64,000 nt of DNA from Fimicolochytrium jonesii (lineage: Eukaryota). The notes beneath the pieces are model-generated. The model saw only the letters and a program-made list of their open reading frames with translations, was not told the DNA's origin and ran no database searches. Position 1 is the first letter of the stretch, and every line of letters begins with the position of its first letter. Shown here piece by piece: positions 9,673 to 21,667 of this stretch. The position numbers and the translations under genes were made by a program. The stretch covers positions 186,001 to 250,000 of the forward strand of contig NW_026515681.1 in NCBI RefSeq assembly GCF_025526975.1. Direction: 5' to 3'.

Positions 9673-12600
9673 TCACCCCCTCTTCTTCCCCTTCTTCCTC
9701 CGTTTCTTCTTCCCCGTCGCACCCGCCGCCTCATTCACATCCTCACCACCATCAGCCTGCGACGCCGACGCCGAGGGTCCCAAAACATCCGACTCCCCAT
9801 CATCACCAAACACATCCCGCTCGCCTGCATCCGCTTCCTCAAACCGCACCTCCCCCGCATCAACACTACCCTCATCCCCACCTCGTCCCGTGAGTGAGGC
9901 CTCCGAGACACTCGAGTCCCTAGCTGCCGATGAGAGCGGGAAGTTATCCTCGCGGTCGCGTTGCAGGAGGCGGGAGAGGGAGGGCATGTGGGTGTGGTGG
10001 GTTGAATGGGTCTGTGTCGTTGCGGGGGTAGCAGATTTGGTGGGTGATGGTTGGCGGTGGGAAGATGAAGATCGCGGTTTACTGAGGAGGGTGGTATCGT
10101 GGTCGGGAACGGAGGCGGGTATGATGCGCAGGTCGGGGGGGATGTGCAGGTTTGAGGTGTTGCCCCGTGATGAGGACGGTATCCGTTTGTCCGTCTCATC
10201 CGCACCCTGCTGCGATACGCTCTCGTCGCCCTCGCAGTAGCCGTGGTCGTCTTCCTCTTCTCCGTGGGCTGGTTCACTGGCCCCATCATCTCTATCCGGA
10301 TCCGCTTCCCCAGCGCTGCTGCCGGCCCCTCCCGCGGGACCATTCTCCGCCCCACCTGCGCTCTCCAGCCACCCCACAACACGTTCCAAACCCCTCACAC
10401 CCCCCATCCCGCGCTCATCCCTCAACTGCTTCATCCACATATCAAAATACACCCCATCGCGCATCCGCATAAGCGTATCGTGATTTCCCCTCTCCACAAT
10501 CTGTCCGTCTTTAACGACCAATATCATATCCGCGTTGACGATGGTGGAGAGGCGGTGTGCGATGACGATCGTGGTGGAGCGCGTGGAGGAGGAGAGGAGT
10601 GCGGACTGCACGGCGGCTTCGGAGCGCGAGTCGAGGGCGGAGGTGGCTTCGTCGAGGAGGATGATGGAGGGGTGTTTGAGGAGCGTGCGGGCGATGGCGA
10701 TGCGTTGCTTTTCGCCGCCGGAGAGGCGGAGGCCGCGTTCGCCGACTTTCGTGTTGTATCCTGAGATTCCAAGAATCCGGGGCGTCAGCTTCTCAACCGG
10801 TGCCTGGGTGTATGTACAAGAGGTACCTCCAACCGCAATACTCACCATCAGCAAACCCCAATATCCGCTCATGTATTTGCGCCGCCTCCGTCGCAGCCAC
10901 CATCTCCTCCTCCCTCGCCCCCGGCCGCCCATACATCAAATTATACCTCAACGACTCATTGAACAGCACCGTGTCCTGCGGCACGACGCCAATCACGCTC
11001 CTCAGCTCGCCCTGCCTCACGTCGCGGATATCCACGCCATCGATCCGGATGCTGCCGGCTTGCACGTCGTAGAACCTGAAGAGGAGTCGCAGGACGGTGG
11101 ATTTGCCGGAGCCAGAGGGGCCGACGAGCGCGACGGTAGATCCGGGGGCCGCGGTGAAGGAGATTCCGTCGAGGACGGGCCCGCGGCGCGCGTCGTAGCT
11201 GAAGGAGACGTTGTCGAATACGACCTCGCCGCCTTTATTGGGGAGGTGTTTTGGGTTAGGCGGGTCGGAGATGTCGACGGGTTCCTTGAACAGATCCAGC
11301 ATCTTTTCCATGTCTACGAAATTCTTCTGGATGACGCGGTAATGGTTGCCGAACCAGTTCAAGGGGCCGTAGAGTTGGGTGATATAGCTAAGATACAATA
11401 CGAAATCGCCGACGGTCATTGTATGGTCGTACACGATTCGTTTCGCGCAGACCAAGCTGCCGACGATCATGCCGACCTGTATGAGGATGTTCTGCGCGGT
11501 GTTGAGTGTGAAGAGCACAATGTTGGATTTGTAGTCGGCTTTCTGGTACTCGATGACCGCGTCCGTGAAGCGATTGACTTCGTACGGCTCCGCGTTGTAG
11601 TACTTGACCGTCTCAAAGTTGAGGAGAGAGTCGACGGCTTTGGCTTCCATCGCGTTGTCGAGCATGTTGGCTATGCGGCGGTAGTGGGTGCGCCATTCAG
11701 TGATCACGATGGTGAAGTAGATGTACAGACCCATGGTGGAGAAGACGATGGCGCCGAAGTAGATGTCGAACGCGAGGGCAAAGTAGAAGCACCCGATGCC
11801 AATATCGGCGAGCGTAGGGACGACGTTGAAGAGAATTGAAGAGAACAGGGACACGATGCTGGACACTCCTCGATCTGGGAAAAGACAGCAAAAAGACCGA
11901 TCAGAGGTCTTTCGCACTGATGCATATGCGTTTTCGAGCATCACCGTCCCATCCTTCGCGATCAGGCATTCCGCTCTCTTCCCGTCCTTCAACCCAACCT
12001 CCGCAACCCACCCTCCCTCACATACCTTGAACCCTCAAAATCTCCCCCGTCTTCCGATTCAAATGAAACCGCAACGACAAATTATGCAGATGCTCAAACA
12101 TCTTAATCGACAGCTCCCTCGTCGTAAACTGCCCGACCGGCACCCATATATAGCTCTGCAAAATGCTCAACACCCCTCCCCCGCCCGCCAAGAACTTCAG
12201 AAACACATATATCAGTATCTCCACATACGGTAATGGCGGTCGTGTCACTGTCTCGTCGTCACCAGCAGTCGCATACCCCACGCGACCTCCGTGAGAAGTA
12301 ACCCCGCTCACATCACCCAAAGCATCAATAACGCGTTTGAACTGCAAGGGCACGAGGAGGTTGATGATGCGCCCGAGGACGATGAGGGCGAAGCAGGCGA
12401 GGATGAGCAGTTTGAGACGGAGGGCTTCAGTGTCATTGCCTTTGGGCCAGATGAAGGGGGCGAGACGTTTGAAGTGGCGTGCGTATTCGCGCATTGTGGT
12501 GGGGGGTTTGTAGATTATGTTTTCGGAGTATGCAGATGGGGTGGCGGCGGGAGCGGGAGCCGTGGGTGGGGCGGCGACTGATGGTGGTGGTGGTTGGGAG

Positions 12601-12740
12601 GGTGTTGTGCCGAGTCCGTTAGCGTTAAGGTTTGCCCGGTCGGCGGGGATTGAAACCCCGCTTCCGTTCAAAGTTGCGTTGGGAGTGCCATTACTTCCGC
12701 CCTGAGCTATCGATGTTCCCGCAGCAGTGGCCTGAGCCAT
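9673..12740 (-). CDS. Half-size ABCB transporter, HMT1/ABCB6/ATM1 family
   Basis: Exons 12740-12026, 11874-10846 and 10760-~9673 with GT-AG introns. Motifs [46 protein letters not shown] and [10 protein letters not shown]. The TGA at 9673 overlaps a GTGAGT that may be a further donor. Confidence 0.93.
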
Positions 12741-13399
12741 GGTGAGGCCTCACTGTTCTCGTTTGCCTAGCTGTAGAGGTGGTCTGTAAGATGGTGGATG
12801 AAGGGTTCAAAGTCCGACTGGATCGAGCGCGGTGCTTGAGCCGAGGAAAGTGCTTCAACGCCGGGACAAAGGGAGCACTACGTTGTTCTCGCAGGAGAGG
12901 TAGTAGCAGTAGCGCATATATGGCGAGCCTGAGGGTAGTCGTGGAGATGAGGGTGAGGAGTATGGTGCGTGGGAAATGCGGAGACGGGCTGGGCAGGATC
13001 TTTTATGGGGCGAGCGATAAAGGGACGTCATCACAGGCGCGAAACAACGCCCGGCCTGTCAATCCACGCCCCCCCCCAATTGCATCCCGTCACTCGCACG
13101 CCGCAACTGACGTCTCTCCACCTTTTTCGAGTCCATCCCTCCCAACAAGATCGGACCGCCCTATCGCAAGACTCCCCCGCAAAAGGTTGAGGTCCGCGAC
13201 CACGGCCTTATGATGGCACGTGCAAAGTACTTCCAAGTTCCACAGGATGTTCAATCAATAGTGCTCTTCATTAACAAATACATATGATACAAATTGTGCG
13301 AAACCACAAGAGAAAGCGAAAAACAAAGGGACTCATCAAAGTGACATAGTGTTGCCTAATTCAGGGGTTGAGGGTATTTCACATTCACGCCACAAGTGT

Positions 13400-14648
13400 T
13401 CACCACCCATCGCCACCATACGCAGCAGCCCCCTCCCGTCTTCCCCTCACCGGCGATCTCGACCGCTCACGTCTCCTCTCGCCCCGTCCACTGGAACTCC
13501 GATGACCCCTGTCACGGCTCCTGCTCCTGCTCCTGCTACGGTGCTCGCGGGTGCTTGTGCGCTTGGAGTCGGGCTGGTCTTTATTGAGGAGACGGAGGGA
13601 TTGGTGTTGTGCGGCAAAGAGCTCCTTTTCGAGGTCCCTGGAGACGAGCTTGAGATGCATAAAGTTGCAGAAGCCGCCGCGGGTGCATTGGGCTGTTTCG
13701 TGTTGACGGCAGCAGGCTGGAAACAAAGATGGAGATATCAATGTTTCTGTAAATACCATCACAATAGAGGGTACGAATGGGGACGGTTTTTCGCAGCTCC
13801 TTACCTTCACCGAAATCCGTGACAGGCGACAACTCGGCATAAAGCGGCCTCCCCGCATAAAACCGATTATTCAGCGCCTCCACCGCCTTGCCCGCATCCT
13901 CCTCATACGCATACCGCACATACACATTCCCAATCAGATGGTCGCCAACATTATCACACACGCACATCTCCTCAATCTGGCCATACTTTGCCAGCTCGAT
14001 AAACAGGTCCTCCCAGAACAGGTCAAAGTGCTCCTGCACCTCGTCGTCGGTGAGCGAGCAGCCCTCGATGTTCTTGGGGTTGATGTAGACGTTGGAGAGG
14101 AGCACGGTTTGCGAGAAACCGGGCTTGACGTGCTTGCGACTGCAGCGGTCGCCGTGGCGGCAGGCGCCGATTTTGAAGTAGAAGGAGCAGTTGACTTTGT
14201 CTTTTTCGGTGCCGTAGATGGAGGCGAGGTGGTCTGCGGAGGGTAGAGGGAGTAAGCATATTTCAAACGAATGTCTCAGGGTGCGCTACGCATAGGTTTA
14301 GTAGAAAAGGGAGGCCCTAGGGTTCGCCAGCATCCTCCGCAGACTGCAATGTGATCCACAAACTTCTCCGAACGACATCAGCGCCCCCTTTCCAAAGCCC
14401 TGCTTCCTTGTCACCGACCGCTGCTGTTCGCCCGCCCTGCCAGCCTCCATCAGATCCCCTCCAGTGGCTGGCCAGTAGAAACTCACACCTAACCGATCCT
14501 GACAATTATACTGGCTTATATTTTTCAACCAACTACTCTTCCTTCCCCGTCCCCTTCTGACATCCGCACAACCCTCTATGCGCTCCAGCCAACTTGCTAT
14601 CCCATCCACCCTACAAGCACTGCGGTCGAAATCAAACTTACCAGCCAT
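13400..14648 (-). CDS. U2AF1: U2 auxiliary factor small subunit (U2AF35)
   Basis: 7-nt first exon ATGGCTG (14648-14642), then exons 14233-13805 and 13716-13400. LASIYGTEKDKVNCSFYFKIGACRHGDRCSRKH, UHM domain, CTRGGFCNFMH and an RS tail. Confidence 0.97.
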
Positions 14649-15024
14649 GATGACGACTCTGCACCTAGATTCCTCTGTTTCGCTGTATCTATGAGTCCTA
14701 TATTCACTCGCTCGCTAGTTGCAAGCCCCAATAAGGCTGTCTGTTTGCGTTGCTATTTGATTTATCTGTCCTGCAGTGCTGATCTTGGGCAAGTCGATGA
14801 GTTACGGTTGCGAGTTGGGTTGAGCTGTAGGGCTGTGCTGCCGTGATATTCGGGGGCCGTGGGTAGGTGGTATTTAACAAAGACAGCGGTGAGTAATGAT
14901 GATTAGTAACACCCCCAGATGACTCACGCCCTCACGTCATTTCGACAGCGCGTGTTCTTCCATGTTGCTGTCTGCATCCCGTCAAGGAGTGTTAGAACGT
15001 CCACCAACGGAATCCCATGAAGAA

Positions 15025-15859
15025 ATGCCAAACCACAACGTCCGAATCTTCATAGTCGGCCCCTCGGGCACCGGCAAAACAACTCTCAGCAATGTGCTCG
15101 CAGACCTCACCGCCTCGCTGCCGACCGCGCCGCATGCTGGGGGTGTTTACCGGGCCACGCAGGGTGTGAGGTGGGTGGTGGAACATACTTCCTCGACGTT
15201 TTGTTCTATGAATGTTTATCGATTTTGGGGTATTTTGAAAGGATACTGGAATTTGACCGCCGCATCCCTCCCCTACCCAACTCTGGATCCACGCGTCCGA
15301 TGGATGTGGCCTGTGAGGTGTGGGATTGTAGCGGGTCGCCTCGGTAAATATCACATCCGCATCGCTGCGTCCCAGTTCCTCCCACGGATTCATATTTCGA
15401 TTTCTCAGGTTCACCGCATCATGGCCAGCCCTCACGCCCTCCGCCCACGCCGTGATCTTCGTGGCGAGCGGGGAGACCCGGGAGCGTGATTTAGAGGCTT
15501 GGTGCGTAAACACTCATCTCCATTCACACCTCCAACCTCCCATTGGGAATCTCACCCCCCCCCCCCCCCCCCGCCCCATCCTCCCCAACAGGCACTCCCA
15601 ATTCCCCCACCTCCCCCCCTCTTCCATGGTGCTCTTCTCCCCCTACGCGTCGAAATCAAAACCGTTCAAACCAACCTCAAATTCCCCACTGCACGCCCTT
15701 CCCGTAGTCACCGCCTCCTGGGAATCCGACCCGGAGGTCGTGCGGCAGGAGTTCGATAGAGTGCTCGCGGGGGTTGTTGGTGAGATGGTTGGTGGGAAGA
15801 GGGGTGATGCTGGGGATGGGGGAGGAGATTGGGCGGGGATGGAGAGGGTCGTTGTTTGA
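15025..15859 (+). CDS. IFT22: Intraflagellar transport protein 22 / Rab-like 5 small GTPase
   Basis: Exons 15025-15170, 15242-15343, 15409-15501 and 15592-15859. GPSGTGKT, YRATQGVRILEF and EVWDCSG...WPA; no G4 NKxD motif. Confidence 0.85.
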
Positions 15860-15982
15860 ATGCGGGAATATAGAGGCGACATGGACATGGGCGACATGGA
15901 CAAGCGAGGGCGAGGAGTCGTGATATATATATGGCGCATGTATACACAAGAGGGAGTACATACAAGATATGCGCAGTGGGCT

Positions 15983-17654
15983 TCAGTAGCCGGATGTGTA
16001 AAAATGCCATTTCTCCCATAGAGGCTGGTAGTCCCGTAATATACCTGAAAAAAAAAGGATATCTCATAAGCCGCAAAGCCACCGCTTCCAAAACCCGACC
16101 CGGAACTTCTCATCCACATACCAGCAAGAAGCGAAATAAGCGGCCTCCTACTCGCCCCCTCAATAAACGCCCCCATCCTCTCCTTGGTCCACTGCTCATA
16201 AAACGGGTTCCTCAGCAGATAATACAGCAACAGCCAATATCTTCGTTTATACTGCTCCCGCTCCAGGATCGTCAGGTCGCGGCGGAATCCCAAAGTGCTC
16301 GGGGACAGGGAGGCGGTTAGGCTGAGGACTTCCATGGTTAGGGAGAGGAGGTAGGGTTTGTAGGAGGAGGGGCCGTAGCGGCGGAGGGCTAGGACTGTTG
16401 AGAGTTAGCGAGTGGGGGTTGAATGGAGAAAGAGAACAGGGGGGAGCGTACGAACCATAAACAAGCGGCCTCAACACAAACATCCACTCGGACACCTTCC
16501 TCCTCGCCGTAACAATCGGTCTCAACAAATCCATCGGACTTATCGCCGCCTCCGTCAGCGCTTTCGACAATAAATACTGCACGGCGTGGTCATAGCCGCC
16601 CTTGTCGGATTTGGTGATATGGTCCACGCGGATGTGCTCTTTGCCTGTCCGCGTGCCCTTCCATGTCGCGGGGTGTTCGGAAGGGGAGGTGGGCGGGGGC
16701 TCGACGGTCGCCGGGTCGTAGTCGCGTTCGGGGACCGTGGCGTGCATGGTCATGCGGTTGCGGGAGAGTTTAAGGAGAATTGTGCGGCATATTACTCTGA
16801 CGGTGCGAGAAGTGGTGCATCAATAATCCGCCTTCGGTTTTCATGGTAACCTTTCATAACCACCCCCGACATCCACTCCACGTACTTAGCAATCTCAACC
16901 CCCACCACAACCCTCTCCCTCCCCCTTCTCCCCCCAACCCTCCTGGCACCCATCTCCATCAACACCTCACACATCTGCACAATGGTCAACGTATACGCCA
17001 CGCGCTTATACGTGCTTCCACTACGCAGCATATAGCGCGTGTATCGGTTGAATTTCGTCGCGGGAGTTTCGGGTTGTTGCCGCAGGGCCGCGGTGGAGAG
17101 GATTGTGTCGTGGTAGAGGGACATTAGGTTTACGAAGGTGAAGACTGGGTGGAGATGGGGTTAGTCGTTGGGATGAGGAAAGTGATAATGAGGGAAGCGG
17201 AGTGTCGTTGTTGCTACTCACTTGCTTCCGAAGCCATGTCAGAGTTCTCGAAGCGTCCTGTAAGGAGAGGTAATCACCGGATTGATGGATTTAGCATTAC
17301 GCCCAGGGGATACTACCTATTTCACAGATTGACGCATGTTGACCCCCAGCATGCGGAATGCCACCGATCCCTCCTAGTTCGGAACCCACACTCACAACCC
17401 TCATCCCCGCCATCCTTTCATCCACGCGAGAAGACCGCAATCCCACACACATCTCACACATGGTCTCTCACACAACATCCCGCTCACAACGTCATCTCCA
17501 TGCCCCTTCCCTCTTCCCCTTGGCAACAGCTGTTAAGCCTAACCATACCTGGAAGCAAATAAGTAAGCGACCGCAACCCGCTCTCCAAGCCGCTGATCTG
17601 CGGCGCATTGTGGAGGACGAAATCCTCGTATTTGGCTAGGATGGGTGGTGACAT
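15983..17654 (-). CDS. PEX16: Peroxisomal biogenesis factor 16
   Basis: Multi-exon. YEDFVLHNAPQISGLESGLRSLTYLLPGRFENSDMASEA, SLYHDTIL, YYLLRNPFY and C-terminal DYQPLWEKWHFYTS. Confidence 0.93.
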
Positions 17655-18158
17655 CTTTCGGGGGGGTGGGGGGGGGAGGGGGGGGGTCGGTGTGTTTTCC
17701 TGGTCGATATGGGGACTCAGAAGGTGTATAGAGCTTCCTGTGCTGAGGGTGTCCGGCGGGGCCAGTTTCCGTAGTCGCTTGTTCGGTCCTGCTTATGCCG
17801 TTGAGGATCGTTTCGCTGCTCGGTCGTTGTCGATTGGTGTCAGCATCTCTCGCAAACGCCCCGGGTGAACGCGGAGACAGCCATGCGGGTAAACGCGGGT
17901 CGCTGCTCACCGTTGCCTATATATTTAAGTCCGGAGAGTCCGGGTGGCTGTGCAGGGTTGCCCTGAGAAGCTCCTTCTTCCGCAACTTTCCTCTCCGCCG
18001 TTCAGCGCCATCGTCGAACCGCCGCCCGTCCTGTAGTCGTCCCCAGACTAGCCCCTCGCTCCCATCCTTGCTACCGCACACCCCCGTCGTGCCTAAGCTT
18101 TTTTCAAAACAGTAAGTTCTGTCGGCTGTTTTATTTGCATATATATTGTTTAACGACA

Positions 18159-18629
18159 ATGGCTACTTTGCTCTGTCAAGTGAATTCACGCGGCTCCATT
18201 TCGTTTCGTAACGGGAACACTTATTCCTACGAGTTCCCAGAATTCAAGATCCGCATTGAAAAACTGAGTCCTCACGTGGCACGTCTCTGGTTTGCAAACT
18301 TCCAAGGTCAACAGATTCCAGTTCCGCCCAACACATTTCTGCTCGATGAGAATAACGTGGCGCACAACGACTTTGGCGGTTCCTTCTTCATCACCTGGAT
18401 TGGTTCTCATACCATTACCCGTAACGGCGTTGTTATTTTCAAGACCAATAATAAAAAGCAAGTGTCGGTACACGCATCAGCAGAGCACTGGGAGGTGCGT
18501 GACGTTATGGGTGGGCTGAGAAGACGGGACGGACAACCTGTGATTTTTGCACCATTGCCCAACATCATACAGCAAGCTGTCCAGTTTCCTCAACTTGATG
18601 ATGACGATGAAGAAGACGAGGAGGAATAG
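18159..18629 (+). CDS. Intronless orphan protein (156 aa), predicted beta-rich, with an acidic tail
   Basis: Open from ATG 18159 to TAG 18629 with natural composition, ending DDDDEEDEEE. Visibly lower GC than neighbouring genes. No family recognised. Confidence 0.7.
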   Translation: MATLLCQVNSRGSISFRNGNTYSYEFPEFKIRIEKLSPHVARLWFANFQGQQIPVPPNTFLLDENNVAHNDFGGSFFITWIGSHTITRNGVVIFKTNNKKQVSVHASAEHWEVRDVMGGLRRRDGQPVIFAPLPNIIQQAVQFPQLDDDDEEDEEE

Positions 18630-19230
18630 GGGACTGGTGGCTGGGAGAAGTAGTTAGCATGAGTGTTTGTTTTATTACAAACTCAGTTCAGGGGTGTGCG
18701 CTGCCAATCTGCCCTACATAAGGAGCTGACCAGCGACATTCCCATATCATTACCTGTGTATTCTGTTCGGAACGCCAGAAACAGCTGGCAGCAAAGACGG
18801 TGCCATCCCGCAGTGATTCCACCCTCCGAAACCCCTCCTCCGGTAGGTTTGACAGATTCAAAATACATAGTGTTTGCGACATGTATGCAGTCGTATAATT
18901 AAAAAGAAGCCAAGCAAATGTACAGAAATAAGAATAGTGGGTTGCGTGATGTACATGCGAACCCGAAGAAAGGGGGAAAATGAACCAAAATGCGGGACTT
19001 GCCGGCCGTCCAAGGACCATATATGGAGCTAGGTTGACGACGACTGTGTGTGGGGGTGTGCGTTCTTGCACGCTTCGAAAGCGACGATGTGGATGCGGAC
19101 GCTATGGCAGTCGTAGCGAGGACGATGAGTGTGTGGTGGTGAACGGGTATGTGTATGGTGGGAAAGTGGGAAGCCCCAGTCCTCAACCTGCCGAAGACAT
19201 GAGGAGACTCTCATATGATGGAAGGGAAGT

Positions 19231-19495
19231 TTATTGAGGGGCGGCGGCTTGTTGTGTGAGAAGCAGACCAAAACGCCGCTTCAGTGTCACACGGTGCCGG
19301 GAGTACTTGTCGTCAGGGGAGAAGCGGGCTGGACAGAGAAAAGGTCGTAGTGAGTACACTGTGCGGAAAAGTGACGAGCGAGTCTTCGGGGGTTATACCT
19401 GGGTGAGCCGACTTGGTGACGGCGCCATCGGGCGTCAGCTTCTTGAGCGTGTAGATACGCTTGCCATTGGCATCGAGGTAGTACATCAAGTGCAT
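19231..19495 (-). CDS. NOP10: H/ACA ribonucleoprotein subunit Nop10
   Basis: Exons 19495-19399 and 19328-19231 give [19 protein letters not shown]...[27 protein letters not shown]. Confidence 0.98.
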
Positions 19496-19508
19496 CGCGG
19501 GCGAGTTC

Positions 19509-20307
19509 CTGAACCCACGAAAAAGGAGAAGAAAAGAGAAAGGCAAGTGGATCAGCTCTCAACGTTCGCCTCACAAATCTGTCACACAACGATGACGAAA
19601 GTAAATCCCTCACGGTACAAAAGTATGTTCAGAGGTAAGGTTATCGTCGTGAGATCATTAACGACAGAAAAACCCCCCATAACCCACCGCCTCCCTAGAG
19701 AGACCCCAACCCAGTCCGAACCAGAGAAAAGAACTCGCTTCAGGCGACGACAACCACCCCTCGCACAACAAACGTGAGACGACTATCCACAGAAGAACGA
19801 AGAACAAAAGACTTCCCCACCGGCAAATCCAGAGCCCGAAGGCCCCTTCAACCAGGAACAGGTACTATCTCCGCCCCAATTCCCCCGCTTCTGCCCTCTC
19901 CCATCCGCCGTCCTCGGAACAGCCGCAAACCATCAACTTGCCCCCCCTCACAGTCCGAAACCGAGAGCGGGAAAGGTGGGTTCCAAGGGATAGACTCTAT
20001 CGTCCCGCTACCGGTATGGTCTTCCAGGCCAGTGTTGGGGAGAGAAAACCTCTGCACCCATCTTTGCGCTGGTTGACGACCGGCGGCAGCGATCCCTTGT
20101 CAGAGAATGGATATAACTGATGCAATCATGACACTTTTGTACTTGTCGTGAGGGTAGCGTTGCTTGGGCGGGGCCTGCACACGTCGTTGGGCCGAAAATC
20201 CCGAAGGACAAAGGGCTTCCTGGGCGACTTTCGCCGGAGATGTTCCGCAAGGCTCCCCGTTGCAATCCTACGTCGTCTAGCTGTCTATGGCAGTGTTCTC
20301 AGCTTAC
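19509..20307 (-). other. Putative long, structured 5'-UTR intron region of NOP10 (possibly several introns; possible ncRNA host)
   Basis: Donor AAG|GTAAGC at 20307. Branch-like GCTGAT, a long pyrimidine tract and CAG at 19509, 13 nt before the ATG. Contains hairpins and a long-range inverted repeat. Confidence 0.55.
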
Positions 20308-20418
20308 CTTTGTGTATACCTTGGGAAAGGATTGCCGTGGGATTGAATCGAAAGCGAAGCGTGAGAGTCGAGGTTTTTGACCTTGGGAAAGTCGGTCCTC
20401 GAAGAGAAATCACTTTTG

Positions 20419-20446
20419 GGTCACGTGCACTGTTGCCGGTCACGTG
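20419..20446. promoter_or_regulatory. Paired GGTCACGTG E-box (bHLH/Cbf1-type) motifs upstream of the NOP10 leader
   Basis: Identical 9-mers at 20419-20427 and 20438-20446. Confidence 0.35.
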
Positions 20447-20641
20447 TCTCTTCAACTTAAGTGACGAGATTATATTCTTGAGTTAACGGAACAACGTAAG
20501 CCAGAGATGTGATGCAGTGTTTTCCATCAATTGCAAGTCTTTCGAGGGCAATGTTAGTCCCCTCTATCTATATACATATGTACACATTACGCCGTGGGAT
20601 GATTGTTGTGTGCAAAAAATCGTGGGCTCTCCGAGTCCACC

Positions 20642-21667
20642 TTAAACGCCCGTATTCTCCTCCTTAAACACCAACAGCGCCGCAATAACGGCCCCCACAA
20701 GGAACGCAAGAGAAATCACAAACCACACGGCACCCCACGCCTGCGCGGGCAGGCAGTGTCCGCCGCAACACAGCTCGGCGAATTGCGATGCGTCGGATTG
20801 GTTGACTTTGCGCGTGACGAGGTCTTCAATGATGTCCCAGAGGGAGTAGAGGCAGGACATTACGCTGAAAGTGGGAGAAAATGGGAGGGTTAGCGGGGTT
20901 TTGCGGGAAGGAGGGAAGAAGGGAGAATGGTCGGAACTCACCCGACAAAAAGCACAAAATATCTCAGATAATATCCCGAATCTAACCACCACAACAACGC
21001 GACCAGCCCAATAAACAACACCGTCACACCCCTCGCGAGCCAATTCCGCGCCCACCACAGCGTCGCCAGCATCGCGACGGCCAGCATCACCGACACGATC
21101 TTAGACGCCAAGACATCAAACCCGGCGAAAATCATCAGGGCGCCCCAGAATGCTGAGCCGATGTAGCCGGCTGGGAGGGCGATGTAGGGGGAACCGCCGC
21201 GGTAACGGGTGAGACCGCCTTCGTCGGGGTCGAGGGTGATGGAGACGATGTGGCCACCGGTGAGGAGGGCGGCGAGGGCGTGGCTGAATTCGTGGAGGGC
21301 CACTGTTACGATCTGGGAGGAGGAGGAGATTGAGGTAAGTCTTTCGCATAAGGAATCCACACAGATTCCATGCGACGTTCCTACCTTGAACGGCCATAGA
21401 ATCTGTTTAAGAACGGGCACGTTCCATAACACTGTGATGACGGCCGCATAGACGGCGATGAAGATGATGGTGCGTTTCTGTTCAGGCGATGGTTCTGTGG
21501 AGTTTTCAAAAGAGATATCAGTTCAAGCAATAAAGGTAGTGGACCAACTCGGGTCTGCAACCTTCAATGCCGTCCTGCGAAGCCTCTCACACACTCAAAT
21601 ACTCACCTAACCGGCTAGCAAAATCATCTCCGATGGGTGCCCGTGGATGTATTATGAACGGCGCCAT
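20642..21667 (-). CDS. Peptidase M50B-like membrane metalloprotease
   Basis: Multi-exon. VALHEFSHALAALLTGG, DPDEGGLT, LPAGYIGS, LYSLWDIIEDL and SDASQFA. Confidence 0.9.

Noticed and set aside
10535..11839. 434-aa plus-strand ORF (and similar long antisense ORFs over the chitin synthase, ABCA and coiled-coil genes)
   Set aside because: These are shadow frames opposite well-supported genes, as expected at high GC3.
19509..20307. Telomerase RNA, snR30/U17 or TPP riboswitch in the NOP10 leader
   Set aside because: There is no CUAACCCU-type template on the sense strand, no m1/m2 (AUAUUCCU / AAACCAU) motifs in the ACA hairpin, and no complete TPP core. A covariance search is needed to exclude these fully.
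20385..20396. GGGAAAGTCGGT as RNase P/MRP CR-I
   Set aside because: No matching CR-V partner was found at a suitable distance downstream.
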